DNA of 64,000 bases, from IMG/VR virus record IMGVR_UViG_3300035502_000313, positions 64,001-128,000 of that record; one strand, written 5' to 3'. Within the stretch, counting starts at the first letter, position 1; every line of letters begins with the position of its first letter. This stretch comes from a virus. Its lineage: Duplodnaviria > Caudoviricetes. Made by a program: the position numbers and the translations under genes. The notes beneath the pieces were generated by a model that ran no database searches, was not told where the DNA came from, and was given only the letters and a program-made list of their open reading frames with translations. Of this stretch, positions 37,916 to 47,273 are shown piece by piece.

Positions 37916-39556
37916 TTAAAAATAAGCTTCCATTTCTTCATCTGTTAATTGTACAGGTGAAGAAAATCCAGACTCAGATGTAACGTCTTCTTCATGTTGA
38001 GATATAATCTCACCAGTATCATCATCTACTGTCATAATACCAAATGTTCTTTGCTCTGGAACAATTCCACCAGTCATATTCTTAGGAATGAATAAATTTT
38101 CTGTGGCTAATTCTGGAGTTACAGTTTTGGTATACATGAACTGATTCTCTGGTTTATTATAATCTTCAAGAGTTAACTGTTCTACAGGTGTCTTAGCAAA
38201 TGTAGGATGATAATGTGCATCTGGTGCTGTAGCACTTCCTAAATTACCAGACATTACTTTATCCATAAACAGCTTTCTCTTAATGTCATACTCTTGTTGT
38301 AACTTCTGATGAACTAACGGATCATTGTTCATTTCTTGTGGTGTTGAGATAAGAGACTTATAATGTAAATCCCTCTCAAAATCATAAGATAAACTAAAGA
38401 AGTTTGATCTATTAGCATAGTCAAGTTCAGTATGACAACAGCTAGAAAGAATATCTCTGAAGTTTTCTCTAGAGAACGATGCTGTCTGTAAAGCTCTCTG
38501 AATCAATCTTTCATGTTTTTTCCAATCGATTCGTTCGTCTTCCCATCTAGCAAATTGTTCATCTATTGATAATCCAGCTGCTTTCCAACTGTTCCATCTA
38601 TTGATATTATCTACATATGACTTATTAAACAAGTTTCTAAAGGTATTAACATACTTATTATAATAAGCAATCTGAGCATACATCTGCTGTATCTCATACT
38701 GTTCCTTTCTATCATCAATCTGAGTATGTGTAGTATATGCCTGACCTAAAGCATCCCTTTCATGATTGACTTCTCTAACAATGTCACCAGTAGCTATATC
38801 AATAATCTTGAAATTGCAAGCTCTTTGGAATCTAATACCACGACAGTCATAAACATCATAAACTACATTATTTCCATCATCTGTCATAGACTGCATCTTT
38901 TCCTGTTGAGCTTTAGCTTGTGCTTCCTGCTGTTCTTTATAGATTTGATCAGCAGGTTTGAATTTAAAAGACTCAGCCCACTTAAGTGCTTCATCTGTTC
39001 CTACCATTCTGGCTGATAAGAGAGCCCATCCATACTTCTGATTATCTGCAAACTCTCTCTGTTGTTCACAATAGTCAAAGTAATTAACCATTTGAGTTGC
39101 ATTAGGAAAACTATATGGATTGATTCCATATAGTTTCATACCAGGAGTATATTGTTTTAGTCTTTCATCATTTGGGTTCATACCATAACCATAATAATTG
39201 TTATAGAATCCATTATTATTGAAAGACATACCAGTACTTGGGTTAGACCCAACTTGAAACAAATTAACTCTTCCCTGAGGTTGTCCTCCTGCAGCGAAGT
39301 TTGCTTCCCAAGGTGGAGAAATAGAAATAGCTTCATGCTGATTGTTTGGTTGATTAGCATAGTTTATAACAATACCGCTATTGTCACTATCTGCACTAAC
39401 TGATAACATCTCAGCATATTCTGGATTGTTAGAAATGAAGTTCTCCACCTCTTCATTTGACATTCCATTTAGTGTGTTTTGTATTTGGTTATCCTGAACT
39501 CTCGTCATTGCAGACGCTCGTTTCAGATTAGCCATTCTTTCTTCTTTTGATAACAA
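37916..39556 (-). CDS. hypothetical Q/N-rich protein (first gene of putative early operon)
   Basis: TTG start after GAGGAG; early-type motif at 39620-39636. Confidence 0.7.
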   Translation of the reverse strand: MLSKEERMANLKRASAMTRVQDNQIQNTLNGMSNEEVENFISNNPEYAEMLSVSADSDNSGIVINYANQPNNQHEAISISPPWEANFAAGGQPQGRVNLFQVGSNPSTGMSFNNNGFYNNYYGYGMNPNDERLKQYTPGMKLYGINPYSFPNATQMVNYFDYCEQQREFADNQKYGWALLSARMVGTDEALKWAESFKFKPADQIYKEQQEAQAKAQQEKMQSMTDDGNNVVYDVYDCRGIRFQRACNFKIIDIATGDIVREVNHERDALGQAYTTHTQIDDRKEQYEIQQMYAQIAYYNKYVNTFRNLFNKSYVDNINRWNSWKAAGLSIDEQFARWEDERIDWKKHERLIQRALQTASFSRENFRDILSSCCHTELDYANRSNFFSLSYDFERDLHYKSLISTPQEMNNDPLVHQKLQQEYDIKRKLFMDKVMSGNLGSATAPDAHYHPTFAKTPVEQLTLEDYNKPENQFMYTKTVTPELATENLFIPKNMTGGIVPEQRTFGIMTVDDDTGEIISQHEEDVTSESGFSSPVQLTDEEMEAYF

Positions 39557-39684
39557 AATTATATTCTCCTCTCAATAGTTATTCATTAAGTAGTAAAATA
39601 AGAAGTTGTATCTTATCATTACATAAATAATATATGTTTCAACTTATTATTAAATAATTGTACAGTAAGGAGTGATTCTTAACA

Positions 39685-40374
39685 ATGATTAAACCAGAGT
39701 CATTATTAAATGACGTTACCTTATTTGACAAAGGTAAGAATGCTAGATACCATATAGATGGTAGGGGTATTCCTAGTGTAACTGAGTTATTATCTTTTAT
39801 AGATAATGAAGGCTTAATCTCTTGGGCTAATAGAGTTGGTAGACAAGGACAAGATAATAGAGAGATAGCTTCTAAAGCTGCAGAGTTTGGAACAATGGTT
39901 CATGAATCGATTGAGATGTATATAAAAAAGAAACCTAATGAAGAAGATAATGTTTGTTTAGATGCTTTTAAAGAATGGTGGCAAGGTATAAATCAATGTC
40001 ATAGAGTTAAGGTATTAGGACAAGAGCAAAAACTAATGTGTGAATATTTCGCAGGAACATACGATTTACTCATAACAATAGATGATAAACCATATCTTAT
40101 AGATTTCAAAACATCTAATCATGTAGGGTATAAATACTTTATGCAGTTAGCTGCGTATAGATATTTACTATATACACAGAAGAATATAAACATACAAGGA
40201 TGTATAATTCTTCAGTTTTCTAAAGAAGAAGCTAAATATCGTGAGTTTAATCTTGACTTTACTAATCCATATGATTATGAGTTTATAGAAAACTGTCATA
40301 GAGCTTTCTTTGGACTTGTATACACATATTATAATACTAAATTATGTCAACGCCAATTTGGTTCAATATTCTAA
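39685..40374 (+). CDS. PD-(D/E)XK (Cas4/RecB-like) exonuclease
   Basis: IPSVTELL...GTMVHESIE...EQKL...AGTYDLL...LIDFKTS...QLAAY; AACT-N6-TA at 39641-39652. Confidence 0.85.
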   Translation: MIKPESLLNDVTLFDKGKNARYHIDGRGIPSVTELLSFIDNEGLISWANRVGRQGQDNREIASKAAEFGTMVHESIEMYIKKKPNEEDNVCLDAFKEWWQGINQCHRVKVLGQEQKLMCEYFAGTYDLLITIDDKPYLIDFKTSNHVGYKYFMQLAAYRYLLYTQKNINIQGCIILQFSKEEAKYREFNLDFTNPYDYEFIENCHRAFFGLVYTYYNTKLCQRQFGSIF

Positions 40375-40427
40375 AAATATATCTGGGTGAGCCGAAACTC
40401 ACCCAGACTTTATTTTCGTTTATATAA

Positions 40428-41963
40428 TTATTCTTCTTCAGAACCAGACTGCTGTTCTGTTTCTTCTTTAACTTCAGGGTCAGTAGTCTCGCTTTCTTCA
40501 GTACCAGTAGTTGTTTCTGGAGTAGTAGAAGTTTCTTCTTTAGTTGAAGATTCAGATGTATCAACATCTTTCTTAGGTTCAGAATCAGTATCAACTTCCT
40601 CAGACTTATCTGTAGAAGGATCTGTTTCTTCTGTAGTTTCAGAAGAAGATGTATCATCCTTAGTATCATCTGTATCTGAAGAATCTGTTGTAGTATCTTC
40701 GTCATCATCAGTGTCTTCAGGCTTTTCGAAGAATAACTTTTCTTCAGTAAATTCATCAAATTCAGCATCATACTTTTCTTCATGGATATTCTTAGAAATG
40801 ATATCACCATTATCGTCAAAGATAGTAAGGTATCTCTTCTTAGTTGTTTCTCCAGTATCTTCATCAGTAGTATACTCATACTTTACTTCATTGATTACAA
40901 CGAATTCATCATCAACGAGTTTCTTTGTAATAACAGAAGTACGTCTTCCCTCTTCGTCATACTCATATGTAGATACCATAGAGTTATCTTCGGAATATAC
41001 AATAAGATTACCATCTTTATCATATACTGTTTTAATAGTCTTATCTTTTTCTAATTTACCTGTTGCACAATCTGTAACTCTAGTTGAAGTAATAGAAGTT
41101 ACATCACCAGTGTCTTCATCAGTAGACTTTTCTGTACGAGAAAACAGTTCTTTTCCATCTTCAAACTTATACAATGAAATTTCATCTCCCTTTAAGTTAT
41201 ATACATGCTCTTCTGTAAGTATACCATTCTTAACAACTTTACCAATCTTATAGTCAGCTGCTGGTACATATGAAGTAACAACGTAAGATATGAGTTTCTT
41301 TGTAGTTGTTCTAATATCAAAGAATCTTTCAGTCTCAGAAAGAATCTTACCTTCACTATTGAAGTCTCTTTCATAATCAATTTCAATATGCTTATCACCA
41401 TCGATTACTTTATAGATTCTTCCAGCTTCATCAAAGAAAGCTCTATAAGGTGTATGAGTCATCTTAGACTTGATAGTCATTTCTGTAATACGACTTACTT
41501 CACCTCTAAAATATTCTCTGGTTCTAACAGTCTGCATACCCTTTGACTTTGAACGGATAACATTATTATCTATATCATACTCATAACTATCAGTACGATA
41601 TACTAATCCATCTCTCATCAATGATTCTTCTTTAATAAGTCTACCAAGTTTATCATAATACTTCTTAGAACCAATCTTTTCAATATCAAGAAGTTTACCA
41701 TTTTTCTTTACAGACTTTGTAACAGAACAACTTAGAGTATTACCTTCACTATCTTTTTTATAATCATAATTATACATTGTAACAAACTCATCACTCGTTA
41801 CTATCTTACCATCAGGATATACTCCATCTTTATCTTTGAAAACAATAACTGTGTCTAATTTTGTTTCACTAGTTACATCTTTTTTAGTGTCATCAGAATA
41901 CTTTTTTGTAGTCTTATGGTTAATATATTTAACAACACCGTCTTCAATTACAATATCACTCAT
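40428..41963 (-). CDS. YD/RHS-like repeat protein with acidic low-complexity tail
   Basis: YYDKLGRLIKE, YEYDIDNNVI, VYDKDGNLI and YEYDEEGRRT repeats; D/E/T-rich last ~100 aa; AACT-N6-TA at 41994-42005. Confidence 0.65.
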   Translation of the reverse strand: MSDIVIEDGVVKYINHKTTKKYSDDTKKDVTSETKLDTVIVFKDKDGVYPDGKIVTSDEFVTMYNYDYKKDSEGNTLSCSVTKSVKKNGKLLDIEKIGSKKYYDKLGRLIKEESLMRDGLVYRTDSYEYDIDNNVIRSKSKGMQTVRTREYFRGEVSRITEMTIKSKMTHTPYRAFFDEAGRIYKVIDGDKHIEIDYERDFNSEGKILSETERFFDIRTTTKKLISYVVTSYVPAADYKIGKVVKNGILTEEHVYNLKGDEISLYKFEDGKELFSRTEKSTDEDTGDVTSITSTRVTDCATGKLEKDKTIKTVYDKDGNLIVYSEDNSMVSTYEYDEEGRRTSVITKKLVDDEFVVINEVKYEYTTDEDTGETTKKRYLTIFDDNGDIISKNIHEEKYDAEFDEFTEEKLFFEKPEDTDDDEDTTTDSSDTDDTKDDTSSSETTEETDPSTDKSEEVDTDSEPKKDVDTSESSTKEETSTTPETTTGTEESETTDPEVKEETEQQSGSEEE

Positions 41964-42033
41964 AAAAAATAATCCTCCTTTTATAAATGCATTTATTATA
42001 AAGTTGTGGGGTGATGATGCTCACCCCACTCTT

Positions 42034-42552
42034 TTATAATTCGATTTCAACTACTTTGCCTTCTCTGATTGATTTACGTACATCTATTATACGTTGATTA
42101 GTACTTCCTCTCCAAGCACAATCTAGAGAAACCTTATCCTTTTCAAATCTACCATCTATAAGATAATCAATATTATGAAGTAGGTTCAAATATGACTTAC
42201 AACCATCCTTAATTATCTTTAAGATTTCTTCATAAGTGAAACCTGTATAACAGATTATATCAAGAGTATGCATACCAGCATTATTAATCTTCAATGCTAA
42301 TTCTGCAAGTGCATCTGATTGTAGAAAAGGTTCTCCACCTGAGAAAGTGACACCAGCTATAACAGGATCTTTTATAATCTCATTATAGATTTCATCAGTG
42401 TCAATAAATTTTCCATCTGTAGGATTATGAGTTTGGGGGTTCTGACAACCTTCACAATTGTGATAACACCCCTGAGTGAAAATTGTGTATCTTAACCCAG
42501 GACCATCGACAATGCTGTTTTTAACTATTCCAGCTATCTTAAGTTTAGCCAT
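42034..42552 (-). CDS. nrdG: anaerobic ribonucleotide reductase activating enzyme (radical SAM)
   Basis: SIVDGPGLR...QGCYHNCEGCQN...FSGGEP...LIDGRF...WRGSTNQRIID; ATG 42552 after GGAGG. Confidence 0.95.
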   Translation of the reverse strand: MAKLKIAGIVKNSIVDGPGLRYTIFTQGCYHNCEGCQNPQTHNPTDGKFIDTDEIYNEIIKDPVIAGVTFSGGEPFLQSDALAELALKINNAGMHTLDIICYTGFTYEEILKIIKDGCKSYLNLLHNIDYLIDGRFEKDKVSLDCAWRGSTNQRIIDVRKSIREGKVVEIEL

Positions 42553-42553
42553 A

Positions 42554-43363
42554 TTAAACTCCTCCCAAATTCTTATAAAGTTTATTACGGTTGATTTCAT
42601 CTTCTAAATCTATTCGAGAATATCTATATTCATCTACACAAACATTCATTTTCTTATCAATTTTATTTAATTCAGTTTCCAAATCATAGATATCGTTTAT
42701 ATCTGGTTTTTCTTCTCCAAAGATATAATCTTCACATTCTGTAATTATATCATCTTCTTCGCCATCCATTTCTAATTGAATACCATATGAATAACTGTTT
42801 GTCCAATCAGTATATTCCGGTGATGGAATCATTACATATGGATTATCTCTATCTAAGAAATGGAACAAATTATCTGAATATCTAGTATCCCATGCTCCTG
42901 GAACCTTCATTAGAGGACGTATTCCACATTCAAGGAATAATCTATATCTTGGAAGGAATCCTCGATCATTAGTGTAGAACAGACCCATCCCAGGTTCGTT
43001 TGCTATATAGGAGAAAGTAATAAGATCTCCATATAATATGGTTATAAGACTATACCAAAAAGCATTATTAGCTGACCATGCATCATAAGAGCATACATGA
43101 AAACTATCATAATTTAAATCAGATATATTTGTTACATAACCACGAGTTCTGAAACCAGTGGTAGAACTCTTGTTGTACTCAAACAATTTGATATTTTGAG
43201 AACAAAGCAAATAAGCTTCTATCTCATCTTCCCATATACAACCATCAATACATTCTATTTCAAATATTTCATTAAGTCTTTTGTGGAAAGTTTTGATAGC
43301 AGCGGATCCTTCAGGAGTTCCATTGCTCATAAAGGTAATAAAATTTTCACACCAATTTGGCAT
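42554..43363 (-). CDS. hypothetical protein, YubB/DUF1281 ferredoxin-like
   Basis: MPNWCEN start and DAWS...EPGMG motifs. Confidence 0.55.
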   Translation of the reverse strand: MPNWCENFITFMSNGTPEGSAAIKTFHKRLNEIFEIECIDGCIWEDEIEAYLLCSQNIKLFEYNKSSTTGFRTRGYVTNISDLNYDSFHVCSYDAWSANNAFWYSLITILYGDLITFSYIANEPGMGLFYTNDRGFLPRYRLFLECGIRPLMKVPGAWDTRYSDNLFHFLDRDNPYVMIPSPEYTDWTNSYSYGIQLEMDGEEDDIITECEDYIFGEEKPDINDIYDLETELNKIDKKMNVCVDEYRYSRIDLEDEINRNKLYKNLGGV

Positions 43364-43381
43364 ATTAATCCTTCTTTCTTT

Positions 43382-43615
43382 TTACTTCTTGCTGGTATAT
43401 GAAAGCATACTACCAGCAATCATGATTGTTGATGAGCAAGCATATAATCCTATTAAATGCGTTGCTGACCATGTTACTTCCGGTATTAACCATTCAAATA
43501 TCTTGAAAATAAGAAATGATGGTATTATAGGTATTAACAAAAGTATAGCGATAAATATCCATGCTATTAGAGCATTTCTACGCTTTTCCTCTTGTTCTTG
43601 CTTTTTATCTGACAT
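43382..43615 (-). CDS. small two-TM membrane protein
   Basis: Two hydrophobic helices; AGGAG RBS. Confidence 0.6.
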   Translation of the reverse strand: MSDKKQEQEEKRRNALIAWIFIAILLLIPIIPSFLIFKIFEWLIPEVTWSATHLIGLYACSSTIMIAGSMLSYTSKK

Positions 43616-43668
43616 ATTTCATCATCTCCTTTCTTTAAAATTTGATATGATCATTCATATCGTATATA

Positions 43669-44139
43669 TTATATACAATCATCTGTAGAAATGAAAAGAT
43701 CACGAGTTACATATTTATTGGTAATGACTTTCTTCTTAATCTTATTACCAAAAGAGTTGGTACATATAACTAGATTATTCTTATAATATCTATAACTTTC
43801 TTGATATCCAGAATAATCCCAATAGTCACATATATTACCCTTAGAATTGTATTTACATTTCCAAGAACATCCACGAGTATCTATATATGATAATGGTCTT
43901 CTATCTTCATCATATTCTATCCAATATTCAAACTTCTCATATCCGATATATTGCATACTATAAATAACATCTCCGAATGAATTACGTTTAACAACAGGAG
44001 ATTTATCTTGAGTTATCTCTTGAGAAAGACTATAACTTAATGTAGGTTTTGGTGTGAATTGGTTGGCTCTTTTCTTAAGATCACTATGTTTATATGAAGA
44101 GTATTTAGGATGAGACCTCTTTTTTCTGGTTCTGCTCAT
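43669..44139 (-). CDS. hypothetical protein with short YD-like repeats and basic N-terminus
   Basis: EYDEDRRP, KYNSKGN repeats; AACT-N6-TA at 44158-44169. Confidence 0.6.
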   Translation of the reverse strand: MSRTRKKRSHPKYSSYKHSDLKKRANQFTPKPTLSYSLSQEITQDKSPVVKRNSFGDVIYSMQYIGYEKFEYWIEYDEDRRPLSYIDTRGCSWKCKYNSKGNICDYWDYSGYQESYRYYKNNLVICTNSFGNKIKKKVITNKYVTRDLFISTDDCI

Positions 44140-44208
44140 AACATCATCCTCCTTTATTATAAAAAAGTTATCGACCCAGTAGGAAACAAATCCTACTGGG
44201 TCTTTATA

Positions 44209-44736
44209 TTATGAACGCTTAACTACCTTAATACCTGCATTAATGCAGTTTCTAATCTGATTATCACATCTACGTAGAAGACCGCATGATAGATAATGCT
44301 TAGTATGATCAATTAATCCCTTATTAACTTCATCACACTCTACTACTACATATACATCATCAATATCAATACCATAATGCTCACAGATATTACCTACTGC
44401 TACAGCATCATTAGAAATATCGTTATCAGACATATAAATGTCAAGAAGTCTGCCATCAATGAAGTATGCTTCAGAACAAGAGCACTCATTCTTTCCACAA
44501 GTGCATTCTGATTTACCACACTTAGGACACTTCTTTACTTCACCTTTACAAATAGGCATTGCGTCTTCATCCATCTTAATACCATTAGGTACTACAACAT
44601 CAGAAAAGTTATGACCATTACCAATTGTATCTTGGAAGCTATCACATGCTTCAGTACATTCATCCTTAGTTACAGCATTTTTACAAGACTTACCAGATTC
44701 TGTAAGAATGCTAAAAATTCTTTCATTGAAACTCAT
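44209..44736 (-). CDS. hypothetical Cys-rich protein
   Basis: CPKCGKSECTCGKNECSC segment; AGGAGG RBS. Confidence 0.65.
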   Translation of the reverse strand: MSFNERIFSILTESGKSCKNAVTKDECTEACDSFQDTIGNGHNFSDVVVPNGIKMDEDAMPICKGEVKKCPKCGKSECTCGKNECSCSEAYFIDGRLLDIYMSDNDISNDAVAVGNICEHYGIDIDDVYVVVECDEVNKGLIDHTKHYLSCGLLRRCDNQIRNCINAGIKVVKRS

Positions 44737-44750
44737 AGTATATTCCTCCT

Positions 44751-46220
44751 TTAATATGGTGCTGAAGCTATAGACTTCAACATACTATCGTTAATTTCAT
44801 ATATACTGCTAACACCTTTAGTACGTTTGCAGCTGACTTTATTAAAAGCAAAGTACTTACCATTCATACTTTGAAGAATAGTTAAGTCCTCATACTCACG
44901 AAGTAATTTCTTTTTATACTCATATTTAACAGGGTCTAATACATTAAACACTATAGGCTTAGCCTCGTTAAATACTATTTGAGTTTGGAACTGTAATGTA
45001 GCTAAAGAACTATTAAAGTTTTCTTGAATCAATTCTTTATCTACATACTCTAATAGATTACTAAATTCTAATTGGTCATATGATAATACCTCATCAAATT
45101 CTGTTACTAATGTAGGAAGAAATTGACAGTCTACATACGATTCATTAGTATATCTAGTATATATTTCTTTTAATATATTAACAATATCATCACCAATATA
45201 TTTAAATGTTTTCACTTCAGCATCTTCAAGAAGTTCTGAGCTTTTCTTACGCTTTAGTTTACCAGTTTCTTTATCTCTTATAATCATAAACTCAGATGTT
45301 ATATCATTAGATAAAGCAAATTCTGTTTCAAATGTATTCTTATTCATTATATTTGAAATAAACATACTAGGCTGAATGTCAGATGTAATTCCAGGAGCCA
45401 TTCCACCGATAGCACAAGGACCAGTATGCTCATGAACTCTAGAAATTGTTTTAGGTTCATCCTCATTAGAATAAGATTCTTTCAATTCAGCAAATATAGT
45501 AAGCAATTGTACAAACTCGTTATTAGTAAGTCTAATATAGTTATACTCACCTTGATCTGTAATGAACTTTTCTTTCATTAATTGCTTAGCTCTATATTCT
45601 GGCATATCACGATTATTCTTATTATCTCCGCCATCTTTAATATCAAATACTAAATTATATGGTAGATAAATAGCATCTGTAATCCAAGTATGTTCTTTTC
45701 CATCATATTCATAATAAATTGTAGGTCCTGGAGTTAGTAAATCTCCAGAATCAATATTCAATACATTATCACAAAATTCAAGAAACTTCTTTTCATAACT
45801 TCCCACGTAAGTTTTGTATGTTCCATCAGACCATCTATACTTACCAGAAATACCACGATTAGCAAGCATTTTAGTTTCTTGCCATTCCATATCATCTAGT
45901 AATGTGGTCTTACCATATACTTTAAGCATATTCTTTTCATAATTCTTTCTGGCTTGTGCTTTACAGTTTTCTGAACAATATGCTTTATATCTTACAGATT
46001 TCTCGTCCCATTCAGTAGGCTTCTTGCATATACGACAAGTACCAGTAGAAGCTCCTACTGGTTCTTTCTTATTACAAACATCAAATACAATTCTATTTGC
46101 AGTAAACCCTTTTTCATCACATAGCATATCATCATGATGCTTATCTATATGACTAGCAAGACTAGTTCTTTCAAAAGATTTATTACAAAATATACATTTA
46201 TATTTTCGAGCAGAAGACAT
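44751..46220 (-). CDS. Zn-finger plus TnsA/T4-gp4-like endonuclease domain protein
   Basis: C2H2 finger CIFC...HIDKHH; CRIC...YCSENC; SYEKKFLEFCD...IYYEY...WITDAIY...FDIKDGG; AACA-N6-TA at 46252-46263. Confidence 0.55.
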   Translation of the reverse strand: MSSARKYKCIFCNKSFERTSLASHIDKHHDDMLCDEKGFTANRIVFDVCNKKEPVGASTGTCRICKKPTEWDEKSVRYKAYCSENCKAQARKNYEKNMLKVYGKTTLLDDMEWQETKMLANRGISGKYRWSDGTYKTYVGSYEKKFLEFCDNVLNIDSGDLLTPGPTIYYEYDGKEHTWITDAIYLPYNLVFDIKDGGDNKNNRDMPEYRAKQLMKEKFITDQGEYNYIRLTNNEFVQLLTIFAELKESYSNEDEPKTISRVHEHTGPCAIGGMAPGITSDIQPSMFISNIMNKNTFETEFALSNDITSEFMIIRDKETGKLKRKKSSELLEDAEVKTFKYIGDDIVNILKEIYTRYTNESYVDCQFLPTLVTEFDEVLSYDQLEFSNLLEYVDKELIQENFNSSLATLQFQTQIVFNEAKPIVFNVLDPVKYEYKKKLLREYEDLTILQSMNGKYFAFNKVSCKRTKGVSSIYEINDSMLKSIASAPY

Positions 46221-46287
46221 ATTTCATTTATCCTCCTTTCATTAGTGTATTTAATATTATGTTTTTGTAAAACTAAATTATTTTAGA

Positions 46288-46304
46288 TATATATAATATA
46301 AGTG
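46288..46304 (+). promoter_or_regulatory. putative early promoter
   Basis: TATATATAAT-ATAA-GTG. Confidence 0.65.
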
Positions 46305-46470
46305 AATAAGAGATAGATATAAGTCTATCCTTGAACAGCTTATTCTCTAGACTACAATAGTCTAGATTTGGTCTAGCTCTAAGACCGTAATAAAATTGAG
46401 CGATTTAAATAAGTTAAAATGCATTGCTGATAACGGAACAGTCAACAATGCTTAAATTCTATGTTCCATT
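46302..46470 (+). ncRNA. conserved structured leader RNA, copy B (bulged hairpin, extra hairpin, two pseudoknots)
   Basis: Homologous to 26992-27140; inserted perfect hairpin TCTAGACTA-CAA-TAGTCTAGA at 46346-46366. Confidence 0.7.
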
Positions 46471-46488
46471 AAAGTACAGGAGCTTATT

Positions 46489-46755
46489 ATGAAAACAACA
46501 ACTATGACAACAATAACAGCGGGCAATGTAATATTAACAAAGGATATCTTACAGTATCACTGGGATAAGAATCTTGGTGGTTATATGTTAATATTAACAA
46601 ATGAAGGTATAACAATAACAGATAGAGAAGACGGAGAAATTCAGTTTGATCCGTCATTTGATAGAGACGAACTTACTAGAAAGATTCGTCAGTCTGTTAG
46701 ATGTAATTGGGAAGACGCAAAATTTTATGCGTCTTACTATACAAGAAATATTTAA
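46489..46755 (+). CDS. hypothetical protein (early cassette cargo)
   Basis: AGGAG RBS; no visible similarity to the 27162 ORF despite the shared leader. Confidence 0.65.
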   Translation: MKTTTMTTITAGNVILTKDILQYHWDKNLGGYMLILTNEGITITDREDGEIQFDPSFDRDELTRKIRQSVRCNWEDAKFYASYYTRNI

Positions 46756-46787
46756 AAGAAGGCGTGCATAAAGCACGCTTTCTTTTT
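46754..46787 (+). terminator. intrinsic terminator
   Basis: AAAAGAAGGCGTGC/GCACGCTTTCTTTT. Confidence 0.8.
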
Positions 46788-46870
46788 AATAGATTAAATT
46801 ATTTTTTCATTATATATCATTGTAGTGATAGGATGAATACTATCAAATAAATTAATTTTGGAGGTTTACT

Positions 46871-47209
46871 ATGAACACGAAAAGGGAATTTGACGAGAAG
46901 AAGAATCTGAAAATAGCGTTAGGCAAGAGTTATCGTCTTCATAATTTTGACGATATCGTAAATTACCTTATCGCCATGGAATCTCAAAGGTTCCTCAGAG
47001 AAGTAATGTTCTCTAAAGACCATAACAACAAGTTCTCAGATCCATTACTGAGAAATGTTGTAAACGCTGATGATTTCTATTATAGTGCTATAATAAAAAT
47101 CACAGAAGGTCACAGCACACAGTTTCGGTATAACTTTATGAATAAGATATTCGATGAGAGTATCCCACTTACCCTTAGAGCGGAGATGCTTGATTTTGTA
47201 AAGTTATAA
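46871..47209 (+). CDS. hypothetical protein (early cassette cargo)
   Basis: GGAGG RBS; early-type motif at 46811-46827 followed by TGATAG/CTATCA hairpin. Confidence 0.65.
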   Translation: MNTKREFDEKKNLKIALGKSYRLHNFDDIVNYLIAMESQRFLREVMFSKDHNNKFSDPLLRNVVNADDFYYSAIIKITEGHSTQFRYNFMNKIFDESIPLTLRAEMLDFVKL

Positions 47210-47235
47210 GAAGCTGTACTTACACAAAGGGAAAC

Positions 47236-47270
47236 AAAGAAACGTGCTAATTAAAGCACGTTTCTTTTTT
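47236..47270 (+). terminator. intrinsic terminator
   Basis: AAAGAAACGTGCT/AGCACGTTTCTTT plus T-tract. Confidence 0.8.
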
Positions 47271-47273
47271 ATA

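Noticed and set aside
39685-40374. Cas4-like gene as part of a CRISPR system
   Set aside because: No repeat-spacer array or other cas genes seen in the window; solo PD-(D/E)XK nucleases are common in phages
40387-41253. 288-aa Ser/Val-rich plus-strand ORF (and 40337..40879 alternative frame)
   Set aside because: Antisense or off-frame shadow of the acidic low-complexity tail of 40428..41963; no RBS
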